Positions 43,360 through 54,600 of a stretch of DNA of 64,000 nucleotides are shown in pieces. The notes under the pieces were generated by a model, which saw nothing but the letters and a program-made list of their open reading frames with translations, was not told the DNA's origin and did no database searches. How positions within the stretch are numbered: the stretch's first letter is position 1; the number at the start of each line of letters is the position of its first letter. This DNA comes from Tetramitus jugosus. Its lineage: Eukaryota > Protista > Heterolobosea. Location of the stretch: assembly GCA_937625935.1 (NCBI GenBank), contig OW569357.1, positions 62,001-126,000 of the forward strand, given 5' to 3'. The position numbers were made by a program, and so were the translations under genes.

Positions 43360-45108
43360 TTATTGAATTGCATTGAGTAGTTCACTTTCTCTGATTTGAT
43401 ATTCCTTCTCCAAGATGCTTGCGTACCAGTCACTCAATTCTTTTTCTGCCTTGGCTATGCATCTCATGGGAGGCAATGAACTATCGATCATCGTCAAATA
43501 GTCTGAAATTTGATGAGAATCTGAGTAAATGGCCCTGCATGCTGCGCCAATCACTGCACTATCTTTTGAATCTTCCATGACATAGATATCAGAAGCAAAC
43601 ACCTGTGCTAGGATAAAGACCATGGTTTTGGATTCACTGGCACCACCAGTGACAATTAGTCTTCGCTGTGATTCATTATTACTACTCAGTAAACCTGCTT
43701 TCTTTGCATGAATTTTCAACGCCATACATTGAGATTCAATGACAGAAAGAGCATCACTGCCTTGAATTTCGGTCACCTCCTGTCTTTGTCCTCCAATGTA
43801 CTTGTAGAGACCACTCAACGACTTGGTGTATGGCGTTATCTCTGGATGAAGATAGAAGAATACAATTGGTATTTGGTCCACGTTTGGTCTGGCAGCGATT
43901 CTCTGTGATTGGAGTTGTTCTGACAAGTGTTTTTCAAGTGTATTCCAGTCGTTGTTAAACTTTTTCACCAAACGACTTCTGACATTGGCTCCATTTTTGA
44001 AACAAATGAGCTTCATGTACTTTGGAACAGGTACTTCCTCTTCAGAAATATAAAGTGGACTAACAAACGTATGTCCTTCGTAGGAATCAGCATTCTCTTC
44101 TTCAGGCAGAGTTAAGCAATCTGTGTAACCGAAAATCGTGTGGGATGTGCCGAGAGATATTGCAATATCAGTACGCTTACGCAACGTGCCACACACAGAA
44201 CTGGGATTATCACCAGTTCCAATAATGATCTTGCAATCTTTTGGGAATTGATAAACATGATGCATGTAATCATTGATCAATCCAATGGGTAACAGTGTGG
44301 GACAAGGTTCTCCCAATTGATCCTTGAGATGTGAACCATTTCCACCGGAAGCAGCCATCAGACACTCCTCGGACCACGAGTTACCACTGCTTACATCCAA
44401 TAAATTCATGCCTGAGCCATCAGAATAATCGATGGGAGCATATTTTCCCAGAAACAGAGATGGAATAAAGCTCGAAATCAAGCTGATACGTTCAAAATCA
44501 TGTCCTAAACCTTGATTGTATAGTCTCAAGATATGAGAGGCAGTGAAGCGTTCTGTTGCCTTGGAGCCAGTCAATTGAATCATGTTTCTAGTACCACCTA
44601 CTTCTCTTTCCAATTGTTCGCACTCCTTTTGAGTTGATGAGTCCATCCAAATAGGACAATCACACAAGAACATTGGCTTCTCATTCTGTGAACAAATCTC
44701 AGTCAAAAACGGTAGACTCCCGCCATGATTCACCAATCCAGTCTGCAAGTACTTCTCCAATACATTTTCAAAGCACCCTGACTTCCAATAGACTGATCCG
44801 TGCTGCTGTCCACTCACAGCAATACCATACACTCTCTTGAGATAGTTTTCACCGTGAGACATTGAGAAATGACGCAAAATCAAGTCTAAGGCCTCGATAA
44901 ACATCATTGGTGGCACAGTCACATGCAGTCTTCCCTCGTCATCTTCGTGTTCATGAACTCCGCCAACAGTTTTGTAATGAGGAAGGCGGGAATCGTAGTC
45001 AACCGAATATTGGTCAACCAGAGTACAATGGAGATCCATGATACAGGCCTTGAATGATTGAGTACCAACATCTAAACCAAGAAAAAGACGTTTATTGGAG
45101 GTCGTCAT
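43360..45108 (-). CDS. XYLB: Xylulokinase (eukaryotic-type FGGY kinase)
   Basis: LFLGLDVGTQSFK, SGQQHGSVYW, PIWMDSST..EC, LTGS.A.ERFT, ERISLISSF, DYSDGSGMNL, TGDNP, ISLGTS, CFKNG, TGGAS. Confidence 0.92.
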   Translation of the reverse strand: MTTSNKRLFLGLDVGTQSFKACIMDLHCTLVDQYSVDYDSRLPHYKTVGGVHEHEDDEGRLHVTVPPMMFIEALDLILRHFSMSHGENYLKRVYGIAVSGQQHGSVYWKSGCFENVLEKYLQTGLVNHGGSLPFLTEICSQNEKPMFLCDCPIWMDSSTQKECEQLEREVGGTRNMIQLTGSKATERFTASHILRLYNQGLGHDFERISLISSFIPSLFLGKYAPIDYSDGSGMNLLDVSSGNSWSEECLMAASGGNGSHLKDQLGEPCPTLLPIGLINDYMHHVYQFPKDCKIIIGTGDNPSSVCGTLRKRTDIAISLGTSHTIFGYTDCLTLPEEENADSYEGHTFVSPLYISEEEVPVPKYMKLICFKNGANVRSRLVKKFNNDWNTLEKHLSEQLQSQRIAARPNVDQIPIVFFYLHPEITPYTKSLSGLYKYIGGQRQEVTEIQGSDALSVIESQCMALKIHAKKAGLLSSNNESQRRLIVTGGASESKTMVFILAQVFASDIYVMEDSKDSAVIGAACRAIYSDSHQISDYLTMIDSSLPPMRCIAKAEKELSDWYASILEKEYQIRESELLNAIQ

Positions 45109-45737
45109 GGTGTCTCACTTTGATTGCTTTTTTTTCTGTTTGATTCCTCAGTTAGGCTCGTTTGGGAACAAGTTTGAGTTAACCTCCTCTCTAACTCCTT
45201 GTTGAACTCTTGTTTCTTCCGACTCTGAGGTGGTTGGTTGTTAAATACATTGAAAGGTTGCATCCTTGGTACTTTTCTTTTTCGAGCGTTGACGAACCAA
45301 TTGTCAACTTGGACTTTGGTCAGTTGAGTCTCCTGAACTAGTTTTAGTTTCTCTGCCTCTGAGGGATAAGGGTTTTGTTGATGAGTTAATAACCAACTAT
45401 TCAAAATGCTTCTCTGGTTTGTTGAATATGCTCTCCTCTTCCCCATCACTTCGTCATATCCAAAGTCTTGCTCTTCTTTTCTCTTCCTTTTCTTTGATCC
45501 TTCATTAGATGAGGGATCTTTCCCCAATAGTTGATTGGTGGAAACAAGATTGCTTGACAGCTCTTGGAGTTCGAGCATACAGTTTTCGAACAGTTCAGAA
45601 GTTTCTTCAAGCATATCCCAGAACAGGGGAGGTAGGTTCTGAGTAGTAAAATTTCCTTGCATGACTCTATAGTTCTCCTTTGTTGTTAGTGACTTGGTTT
45701 TGGGTAGTGGTTGAATTTGAAGATCTGGGAACTTCAT
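45105..45737 (-). CDS. TALE-class homeodomain transcription factor
   Basis: ILNSWLLTHQQNPYPSEAEKLKLVQETQLTKVQVDNWFVNARKR: PYP three-residue loop extension and WFxNAR helix 3. KKRKRK is NLS-like. Confidence 0.9.
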   Translation of the reverse strand: MKFPDLQIQPLPKTKSLTTKENYRVMQGNFTTQNLPPLFWDMLEETSELFENCMLELQELSSNLVSTNQLLGKDPSSNEGSKKRKRKEEQDFGYDEVMGKRRAYSTNQRSILNSWLLTHQQNPYPSEAEKLKLVQETQLTKVQVDNWFVNARKRKVPRMQPFNVFNNQPPQSRKKQEFNKELERRLTQTCSQTSLTEESNRKKSNQSETP

Positions 45738-45949
45738 CGAACAAACCTCGACACTGTGGTTCTGTCACTGTCACTCTCACTTCAAATGACAATAATTAAA
45801 CTATTATCGGACATCACAATCCATCAAAACACCCAACGTTGATTCTCTTTTGTTTTTCACTCCATCACGACAAGATGTGAGAGAGGATCCCTATCACAGC
45901 TCCTCAAAAAATCACTAACTTTTTCCGAGCCAGCAAGTGTCCTCTTTAT

Positions 45950-46945
45950 TTAAATTGTAGAATCATCCATTATTATCTTTTGATCATCTTTGACATCCAA
46001 TGGAGAAACATCTTCAGTTGCTATTGATGAGGTATGAGGCCGAGCTTGGCCTGACATTGCGCTCGCATACTCCTCACTCTCATCCAAGTTGTCCTTTCGA
46101 TTCGATGGTACAGAACTCAGAGTTTCTTGCTCTCCATCGAGTGAACTTTTGTCTTGATTAATCTCAGTAATAAAGGAAATTTGTTCCTGGAATTGTTGTT
46201 GGGAAGAAGGAGGCGCGGCAGCGTATGGTTGACTCTCCAAAATGATTGGATCTTGTCTCACAACTGTAATGATTGGCTTTTGGTGAACAACTCGGACAAT
46301 TCGTTGTTCATAGTACTCTCTGACTGGTTGGTAGTGGATTTCAGTGACTTTAGGTACTTCAACAATTCTTTTGGAGATTTGTCGTTCAGTTTGGATCTGA
46401 GGTGTTTCTTCGATGACCTTTACGTCATTGTCTTCACTCTGAACTACTTCAATTTCTCTGTTTCGATCCTGTTGTCTCATATCTTCTAGATACTGTTCTC
46501 TTGCTAGTTGGGACTCGTCCTTGCCTGTCTCTTCGTATTGAATCTCCGACTGGTGAGTGTATTCCTGCAATGGATGAACAATTCGTTTCTCGATTGGCCT
46601 CTCATGAACTTCAATGTGCTCTTGAATCACTTGTTCATGGACCAATGGCTTCTTGATAACTTCCTTTCTGAACAACTTGTGAATCTTGGCAAGAGTAGGA
46701 GGTTCCTTGCTGAAAATTGTGTCAGTGATGTTAGTAGGGCTAGAACCTGATGACTCAATTGAGATTGCAGGTGAAAGAGATTGGCGAGGCTGTTGGCCCA
46801 TCATAGGAGAAGACCTTTGCTGAGAGTATGGAGTGTTTCTTATCTCTTCGAGTCTCTGTCTGATCCTGGGATTCTTCAGGTGAGAGTAGTCATCGTCGAT
46901 CATTTGGTTATTCTGATGAATGGTTGGTGGAAGAGATTCGGTCAT
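45950..46945 (-). CDS. Protein with two V/I/E/H/P-rich beta-repeat-like segments (epiplastin/articulin-like composition)
   Basis: EVIKKPLVHEQVIQEHIEVHERPIEKRIVHP and KRIVEVPKVTEIHYQPVREYYEQRIVRVVHQKPIITVV, flanked by disordered regions. Confidence 0.55.
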   Translation of the reverse strand: MTESLPPTIHQNNQMIDDDYSHLKNPRIRQRLEEIRNTPYSQQRSSPMMGQQPRQSLSPAISIESSGSSPTNITDTIFSKEPPTLAKIHKLFRKEVIKKPLVHEQVIQEHIEVHERPIEKRIVHPLQEYTHQSEIQYEETGKDESQLAREQYLEDMRQQDRNREIEVVQSEDNDVKVIEETPQIQTERQISKRIVEVPKVTEIHYQPVREYYEQRIVRVVHQKPIITVVRQDPIILESQPYAAAPPSSQQQFQEQISFITEINQDKSSLDGEQETLSSVPSNRKDNLDESEEYASAMSGQARPHTSSIATEDVSPLDVKDDQKIIMDDSTI

Positions 46946-47473
46946 AATGCTTGTATACTTTGTATTTTCGGTTTCAATTTTTCTTTCCAGATCCCTTCCA
47001 AATCAACATCCAAAGTCCTTAAATTTTTAATGGGGAATACAATGGTAAAAAAAACTCAAAAAACAACAAAAATAGAGTGGGTTGACATCAACGCGATGAT
47101 TCCAACGAGAATTGTATTCCTAGAAGGAAGGGGATCCTTGCCACTGAATTCAACGTTGAACGATGGAGATAGCACGATGAGGTCAATCATCAACGGTCCA
47201 TATCTTTTTCGAAACAAGCCCATATGAGGGTTTCCCGACGTGTTGTTTCGTCTTCTTTCATGCGGGGGAAATACTTTCGGGTGTCCATGTCTTTCCGACT
47301 GATGAAATGTCGGTTCGAACACAATCCTGTTTCGCTGACAGACTTTGACGGAAATTTCACCTGGTTGCTGATTCACTCCTCATTGCGTTCAGGGTTGTTT
47401 GTGATCTTCCCAAGGAAAACACACACCCCCAACAAGAACAACAAAACAACAGCAAAGGAAACCAACACTACAA

Positions 47474-49567
47474 ATGTCACATTACGACACTAACAATGTT
47501 CAAATTATTCCTCTCTCTAGAATCTCCCTCGCAGAGCTTTTGGGTGTTTACGACGACGGAGAATCATCCGACTTTTATGATGAATTAGAATTGGAGAGTG
47601 GCGCTCTCTCCAGTCACCACTCCCATTCGTCGCTGTCTCAGGGAAATCACATCACTTCCGCAGATAAGACTACAAACTCCGCCAATGGCGCCTCGTCGTC
47701 TGCGCAGATTATTGGACTCGACACGCTGAGAGCCAAGCAAGACAAGGACCTTCGTGCGCTAGCGATAGGAAAAGCTTCAGCGTCCACAAAGAAGAATAAC
47801 AAGAGTGGAGCAAAGAATGACAAGCAAGCTCACAACAACAAGAAGCTAACGACACGGTATCAAACAAAGGTGAATCAACCAAGCTTGGGTCGTCTATGGA
47901 CCTCATGTCTCTGTAATATACGTAGCAAGACCATTTGGACACTTCTCGTGTCATTGATTGTCCTCATGATCACATTTGCTGGTATTCTGGTGATTGTATA
48001 CTCTGTCGCATTCAATCGATTGGGTGGTTTAATGGCAGAGAACTCTGTTTTGAGAATTATGACCAATGTGTACAATGATTTTGATCGAATAATGGACAAA
48101 CAGTCCTCTTATGCCAATTGGGATCTCTTGTATGAAATGTTTGCGCCAGGTGGTTATTCAGATGCGGCACTGGACGAATTTATCAGTTATTATTACTTTC
48201 CAGAGTATATCAAGTTGTCTCACAAAGTCAACTATGTTGGGTTTTATTTTTTGAATGGTACGTTCACAAAGGGAGTGGGTTATGATTTGGACACGTTGGA
48301 TCCATTGGAGTGGCCAGAAGAATTTGCATCTCTTCCACCTGGTCACGCTTTGAATCAGGGAATGTATGATATTATGAATCGAAATGGTGGTTTTATTCGA
48401 TTGTCGACAGATAAGGTTCTACTCGTTTCTACTGTTCCGATTCATTTCTATGGTATTTCGAGTGGTATTCTGTTGTACGCGAGAATTTTGGACAATTCAA
48501 AGGTGTTGGAGTATGCTCAAAACTCTCAATTGTGTCTCACGCTGTTCACTCAAGAGGAGATGCAACAATCGAGATTGAAAAACATTGCATCAAAAGCAAA
48601 TAAGGTTGACCCAATTGTATTGCGAACCAATGACTCATCGTGCATTCATTGCGATCCATTTTATCGAAGGACATGGAATTTGGATGACAAGTTCTTGCTA
48701 AACAACAGAGAGTGCTGGGATGGTGAGGGACGAGCAAAGAGTCGAACCGTGTCCTACTTTATCAACCAAGACATATTTGGGCAGAAGTCGATACTATTGA
48801 GATTTGATGAGCCATTGACCCTTTCTCTATTGGGTATCAAAGCATTCTTGTTCTGTTATGGTGTCGTGTGTATCGTAGTCATTCTCATTTCGATTATTGT
48901 TGTTGTGTTCTTTGAATTTGCGGTGCTGCGTCCGATAACAACTCTCCGCAAACATTTGGACCATATTGTGAAAAACAATGATATATCCAGGAGAATTAGT
49001 GTCATGGATTTGGGTGAGATTGGAACGATGACCCAATTCTTGAACGGATTGCTCCAGTCTCTGAACAACTCTGTGAAAACAACAACTGAAGTCAATGATC
49101 AACTTCATCAGACTACACATCGAGCAGAGTTGGAGGAGAAACAATGGGAAGTGGTGATGAACAAATTGAATCACTTTATTTTATTTGTAAATATGTCTGG
49201 TGCGGTCGTTAAGGCAAACAACGCTTTTTACCATCGGTTGGGATATGCGCCATCGAGTACTCAGAGTGGTGGAATTATGATTGACTCAGTACTCGAACAT
49301 GGAAATGTCATGCAAAAACTAGAAGAGATCTCAACAGTCGGCAGCGAAAAAGATTCTGCAGTACTTGAAACTAGAATCAAAGAAGCTGTCACGGACGTCC
49401 AGAGTCTGGCAGTCAAGATAACAGCAAAGAAGGTCAATGTCATGACTTCCAAAAACGAGAGTTCTCTTGCGTACCTGCTCGTAGCAATTGACATGGAAGA
49501 GAATGTCAAGCGGTGTGAAACACTAGCAAAACTGAAGCAAACCCTCGAATCACTCAAGCAACAATAA
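47474..49567 (+). CDS. Membrane sensor TM-CHASE4-TM-HAMP-PAS without an output domain
   Basis: TM1 IWTLLVSLIVLMITFAGILVIVY; CHASE4 motif SYANWDLLYEMF and GILLYARILD; TM2; HAMP VLRPITTL...DISRRI...GEIGTMTQFLNGLL; PAS ILFVNMSGAVVKANNAFYHRLGY. The stop follows a short helix. Confidence 0.78.
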   Translation: MSHYDTNNVQIIPLSRISLAELLGVYDDGESSDFYDELELESGALSSHHSHSSLSQGNHITSADKTTNSANGASSSAQIIGLDTLRAKQDKDLRALAIGKASASTKKNNKSGAKNDKQAHNNKKLTTRYQTKVNQPSLGRLWTSCLCNIRSKTIWTLLVSLIVLMITFAGILVIVYSVAFNRLGGLMAENSVLRIMTNVYNDFDRIMDKQSSYANWDLLYEMFAPGGYSDAALDEFISYYYFPEYIKLSHKVNYVGFYFLNGTFTKGVGYDLDTLDPLEWPEEFASLPPGHALNQGMYDIMNRNGGFIRLSTDKVLLVSTVPIHFYGISSGILLYARILDNSKVLEYAQNSQLCLTLFTQEEMQQSRLKNIASKANKVDPIVLRTNDSSCIHCDPFYRRTWNLDDKFLLNNRECWDGEGRAKSRTVSYFINQDIFGQKSILLRFDEPLTLSLLGIKAFLFCYGVVCIVVILISIIVVVFFEFAVLRPITTLRKHLDHIVKNNDISRRISVMDLGEIGTMTQFLNGLLQSLNNSVKTTTEVNDQLHQTTHRAELEEKQWEVVMNKLNHFILFVNMSGAVVKANNAFYHRLGYAPSSTQSGGIMIDSVLEHGNVMQKLEEISTVGSEKDSAVLETRIKEAVTDVQSLAVKITAKKVNVMTSKNESSLAYLLVAIDMEENVKRCETLAKLKQTLESLKQQ

Positions 49568-49727
49568 ACAGAAAATTGTATCACCATTTCCCGCTTCGGA
49601 TAAAAAATAATTTCACCGATTCAAATTTCTTCCCAAGTTCAAGCAAGTTGAACCTACACACAGATCAAAAATCACACACCACCCAGAACTCAACACCAAC
49701 AACGAACGACAATCAATAGCAACAACC

Positions 49728-50495
49728 ATGTCCTACTACCAAAATCAACAACAATATCAACAACATCAAGAACAACAAGACGATAGCTCTCCAAACTACG
49801 TCAAGTACGGACTCATCTCTGCTGGTGTTGCTGGCGTCGCTGCCGGTGGTTTCTTGCTCTACAAGCTCATTAACAAATACTCCTCCTCCGCCTCCGCCTC
49901 CAAATTGTCCGATGATACGACCACCTCTACTGCTGCCAAGAGCTCTACTGCCTCGACAACAACAACAACAGCAAAGAAGACTAGCACCACTGTGTCCAAG
50001 CCAACTAGCACCACTACAGCTGCAACCACAACATCTACCTCTGTTGCCAACTGGAAAAAGTATAATGATGAATTGATCTCATTCAAGCATCCAACTAGCA
50101 TGGACCCAATTGCTGCTGTTCATCCAATGTCTGGTCTCCCAATGATCATGTTGAACCAAACAGATGACTTCCAATTGTTTATTGCTCTTCAACCATCTCA
50201 ACTGATACCTGGAAGCTTGGTTGACTTTGTGAGAGAGTCGTTTGGTCCATTGGCTCAAATGACTGGAATGGAATTGGGGCCTATTGAACAATCAAACATC
50301 AATGGATATAGTGCTGTTGTGTGCAAGATGTCTCAACCTGATGGTGCTGCTCATTTGTACTCTGTTGCCATTATGAACTCTGTTGTGTTGGCTGTGATTC
50401 AATTGATTCAGCCTGCTGCTGCTGGTTTTGCTACCAATGTTCAAATTGTGGACAACCTTGTCAAGACGATTACTTTCCCAGAGGAAAATGCCTAA
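49728..50495 (+). CDS. Single-pass membrane protein with S/T-rich stalk and PsbP/DcrB/Mog1-like domain
   Basis: TM YGLISAGVAGVAAGGFLLY, ~55-aa S/T linker, then a domain starting WKKYNDELISFKHP with INGYSAVV and ending IVDNLVKTITF. Confidence 0.6.
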   Translation: MSYYQNQQQYQQHQEQQDDSSPNYVKYGLISAGVAGVAAGGFLLYKLINKYSSSASASKLSDDTTTSTAAKSSTASTTTTTAKKTSTTVSKPTSTTTAATTTSTSVANWKKYNDELISFKHPTSMDPIAAVHPMSGLPMIMLNQTDDFQLFIALQPSQLIPGSLVDFVRESFGPLAQMTGMELGPIEQSNINGYSAVVCKMSQPDGAAHLYSVAIMNSVVLAVIQLIQPAAAGFATNVQIVDNLVKTITFPEENA

Positions 50496-50648
50496 ATTTA
50501 ACACAAGAATAATTGTTCAGGAACGGCGCATTCAAGCGGGTCATCGAATGTTTTTCGCAAAGTAAAGAAATTTCTTCAATTATGATAATTACAATTTATA
50601 AATGTTTTTATAAGATGGATAAACGAAGCAACATTGCTCATTCGATCC

Positions 50649-51433
50649 CTATTCTTCATCGTAGAGAGGTTGTGGTGCTTCGATATCAGACGTCATATTC
50701 GTCATACCAATCTTACTCAGCACTCTGCCTAATCCTATGCACAGCATGAGTGGCAAAGCAACCAACAAAACGAGGCAAATCAGAGTGATGACCAAACCAA
50801 TGACAACAAAAATGAAAATCATCCAACCAGCAGGCAAAAACTCTATACTCATGGACAATCTTTCAATCTCACCATCCTGTGCAATCAAGTTCGTATTCTC
50901 TGCTACGAAATAAATGGTTGTATTGTGGGGATACGTTTGCAACAATGTTTTTCCCTTGTCGCCCAGTTGTAAAAACAGAGTTGTATTGGCGCCAACACCT
51001 GAATTCTCCTGTAGTGCAACGGCTTGTTGACCCTTTTGAAACTTTGCAAATTCAGTTTGATCAAAAAAGTAGTAGTTACCAAAGAAATTCGTCGTGAACA
51101 ACATGGTCCACACACCAAAATACTTTGCTATTGTTTGAGATTCATATGGATCATATATCATCATGAAGACATTGTCAATAACATGTAAAATCAAAAATCA
51201 ACAAAAAACACACACAAGAAAAACTATTTTCTCTCACGTATGAATCAAAAAGCTAAGTTAAAAAACTCACATTCAATAGGTTGAGAATAGCTCTTGCCAT
51301 GTGCTACCTTGATGTGCTTGGATACGGTAGTTAAATTGTGAGCATAAGCAGCATTCACATTGTGATCATCATGTTGTTGTACCAACAAGAACAACACACA
51401 CAGCAACACACAAAATAAAATACTGATCTTCAT
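50649..51433 (-). CDS. Type I membrane protein (signal peptide + small ectodomain + TM), 213 aa, 2 exons
   Basis: MKISILFCVLLCVLFLLV signal from ATG 51433. Intron 51128-51270 (GTGAGT...TAG) joins QPIES|KYFGVW in frame. Long C-terminal hydrophobic helix. Confidence 0.75.
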
Positions 51434-51622
51434 TGTTTTTGTTTTTTCTTTCTTCGTGTTGAATTTGAACAACGGAGAAACACGAAAACCAATTAGAATG
51501 TTTATCATTACTCCGGGCGGTCATGTTTCCGCTGTCATCCAAATCGCCGCTGCCAATCAAATGTGACATGAAAAACCATCAAATTGTCATCAACGACACC
51601 ATAACCAAAAAAACACCAACAG

Positions 51623-54600
51623 ATGCACAGCATGTCGTTGAAAGCATTACTCGACAATTGCGAGAGTAATGATCCACAACAAAAAAGAAATCACATTCTC
51701 TCTCTCATTCTCGACACTGAAAAAAATTATGAAACTCACTTGTTTCGCTTGAAACAAGAGTATATTACTCCGATGAAACAATCGGGCATTTTAACACCGA
51801 CTGAATTTCAAATTTTGTTTCCGAATGAGTTGAACATTATTTCTTCGTTGAACACTCAAGTGCTGAGAGGACTCGAAATGTCAATCAATGGTTTGTTTTG
51901 AAACACTAGTTGTTTTAGTTGTTAGTTATTTGCTAAAATCAACATGTTTTTGTTGTTGTTGTTTCATGTACACATGTTCATCATAAATGATCGTAATGCA
52001 GAGGAGTTATCGGGAGAAACGCCGACTACGACTGTCGGACAAATATTCATACAATTTGTTTCGTTTGTGCAGACATATGTGGATTATACGAATTTGTATG
52101 ATAAGATGATTACGTTCATGAGGAACAAGAAGGCTCAGAATAAGAAGTTTAAGGATTTGTTAGATGTGCGTGCATCACTTTATTTTGTGTTGTTTTTTTT
52201 TGTTTTAGCTTTCATGCTCATTTGAGTGAATTGTTTCATTTGCTCATTGAAGCTCATTTTTTTTGTTTGGTTGACTGACATTTTTGAACTTCAAAAAACA
52301 ATGAACGCAAATGATAGATGTTGCAAAGGAAATGCAAGTCGACTGTTGATGGATGTTCACTGAACGGGTATTTGATTCAACCGATTCATCGCATACCAAA
52401 CTATTGTACAATGTTGGAAGCTCTGTTGCAAAACACGGATGAGGAGTATTTTGATTGGGAGCATTTGAGTGGTGCATTGGAGCCGTTGCGACCTGTGGCG
52501 TCATGGGTCAATGAACGTATTGTACAATTGGAGAATCAGCAGCGATTGGCCGATTTGCAGAGAAATATTCGAAATCCGAACCCAAAGGAGTTCAAAGTGC
52601 CGCTCATTGTGAAGCCGGATCGTGTGTTGGTTCGCGAAGGTCCATTGACACTGGTTCCGAATGATTTTATGGTCGATGGTTTGGATCCGGAGGGACGATT
52701 GGGTGGAGAGATGGAAGTTTATGGTTACTTGTTTTCCGATATGTTTCTCGTATGTCGCAAATTGTTGGCGAGTAGTGTGCAAAGAGGATTGTCTGTCAAG
52801 AAAAAGTCAGAGGATGAAGAACCGTTGGATTTTTATCTGTTTCATATGTTTTTGTACAAGTTGCCAGTCGTGTGGGCCATTGATTGTCGATTGTTAAACA
52901 TTTTCCAAGTGGTTGGAAAGAGAACCTATACAATGCGGTCAGCGTCTGCTCAGTTGACTAACGAATGGGTTGAAGAGATACGATCCGTGATGAATTCGAT
53001 AAAGGAGCAACCACAGAGCAAGGTTCGAGGCCATCCTTATGCAGTGAGTGAGGTGGAGCATCCAATTATCGAGAATCAAATGATTGTTTTTGTTCAAGCA
53101 GCCTTACGAGGATTCAAACAAAGAAAGCGAAGAGAGTTTAGAGAAATGAGGAGAAAAACTCGTATAGAACGAGGTCAGAAATCCATGACCACTTATATAC
53201 ATTTGCTGAACGAGGGCAAAGTCGACCTGACTCGAAACCAAATGATCGAAGATCGAAACATTGAACGAAGAAAAACAATTATCAATGAGGAGAGAGCGAT
53301 ACGCAGGGCTACAATTTTACAATCTAGAGCACCCGTAATGAAGGCTAGTTTTATTCGAAGGGAGTCTATTGTTTCAGGTAAGAGCTTCAGACGTCAAATG
53401 CCTTCGAAAGATCAATCAAGAGATATTCCTCAACGGATTGAGATGACAGCAACATCTGCTCTAGGAGAGATTGATGTAACTGAGTTGATCACTGTTGCAG
53501 AAGAATACGCAATATATCATGAGTCTGAAGTGGAGGATGACAGAGAGAAGTATTACAAGAATATGCCTATTGCTGTGGTGCGGTCTCCTACTGTATTTAG
53601 GCCTGCGATGTTCGGCAAGCGAAGATTTAGTCTATCAGATGATGCTGTGGTGGTTGAAGCAGCAGATGACAATGAACCAGAGTGGTTTGAGCATGCTCCG
53701 TCGATTGAATATCTTCATGAGGAGTACTATGGTATGCAGACTGATTTGAGCAAAGTGTGTGATTATGAAAGTGTATTTGTACCAGTGAAGAAGAGGCCAT
53801 CGACGATCGATCTGCGTGCATATAATGAAGATCAAGGAGAGATGATAACGTTCATCAATCCTCTGTATGAACATGATACGGAGGAGGAGAAAGTAGACAA
53901 GAACGACGAGGAGGAAAAGAATATTGAGAAGGTAGAAGAGAAACCGGCATTGGAAGAAGATGTAATAGAGACTGAGGATTCCTTAACTGAGGTGTCCGAC
54001 TTATCGGATGATGAATCAGAAGTGAATATCAAGGCCTCTGCAAAAACCAAAACCACTAAAGTTGTTTCAAAGCAGAGTCAGGTCGAAGAGAATACAAAGG
54101 AAGAGATATTAACACCTCATAGCAGCCAAGACAAAGAGGCAAGTATTGAACTACCTGCTGACATCAAACCACAAGAGGACTTGGTTGTTAGTACAAGTGT
54201 TGCTCCTCCTTTGATTCCTGCAGAGAAGCCAGAGGCTACTGACGAATCAGCTGTAACACTTCCAGAAACCGAACAAGCGATCGCCAAGAGCCACGAAACG
54301 GAATTATCTGAAACTGTGCCCGAAACAATCATTGAGAACCCAGAGCCAGCAATTGAGTCAACACCTGTCAAGTCAGCAGATCCTGTTGTTGAACAAATAG
54401 AGACAGTGACTGCTGTTGCTGAATTGAAACTGGAGCCAAAACCATCAGAGGAACCAATTCCAACTGAGTCTATCATCAAGGTCGACCCGCCTACCACAAC
54501 TCCTGAGATAACTGAGGAACAAAAACCTAGTGAAGTCATCAGTTCCGACATTCCTGTCAGTCTTCCTATCTCTGAACCTGAACCCACTAAGCCAGTTCAA

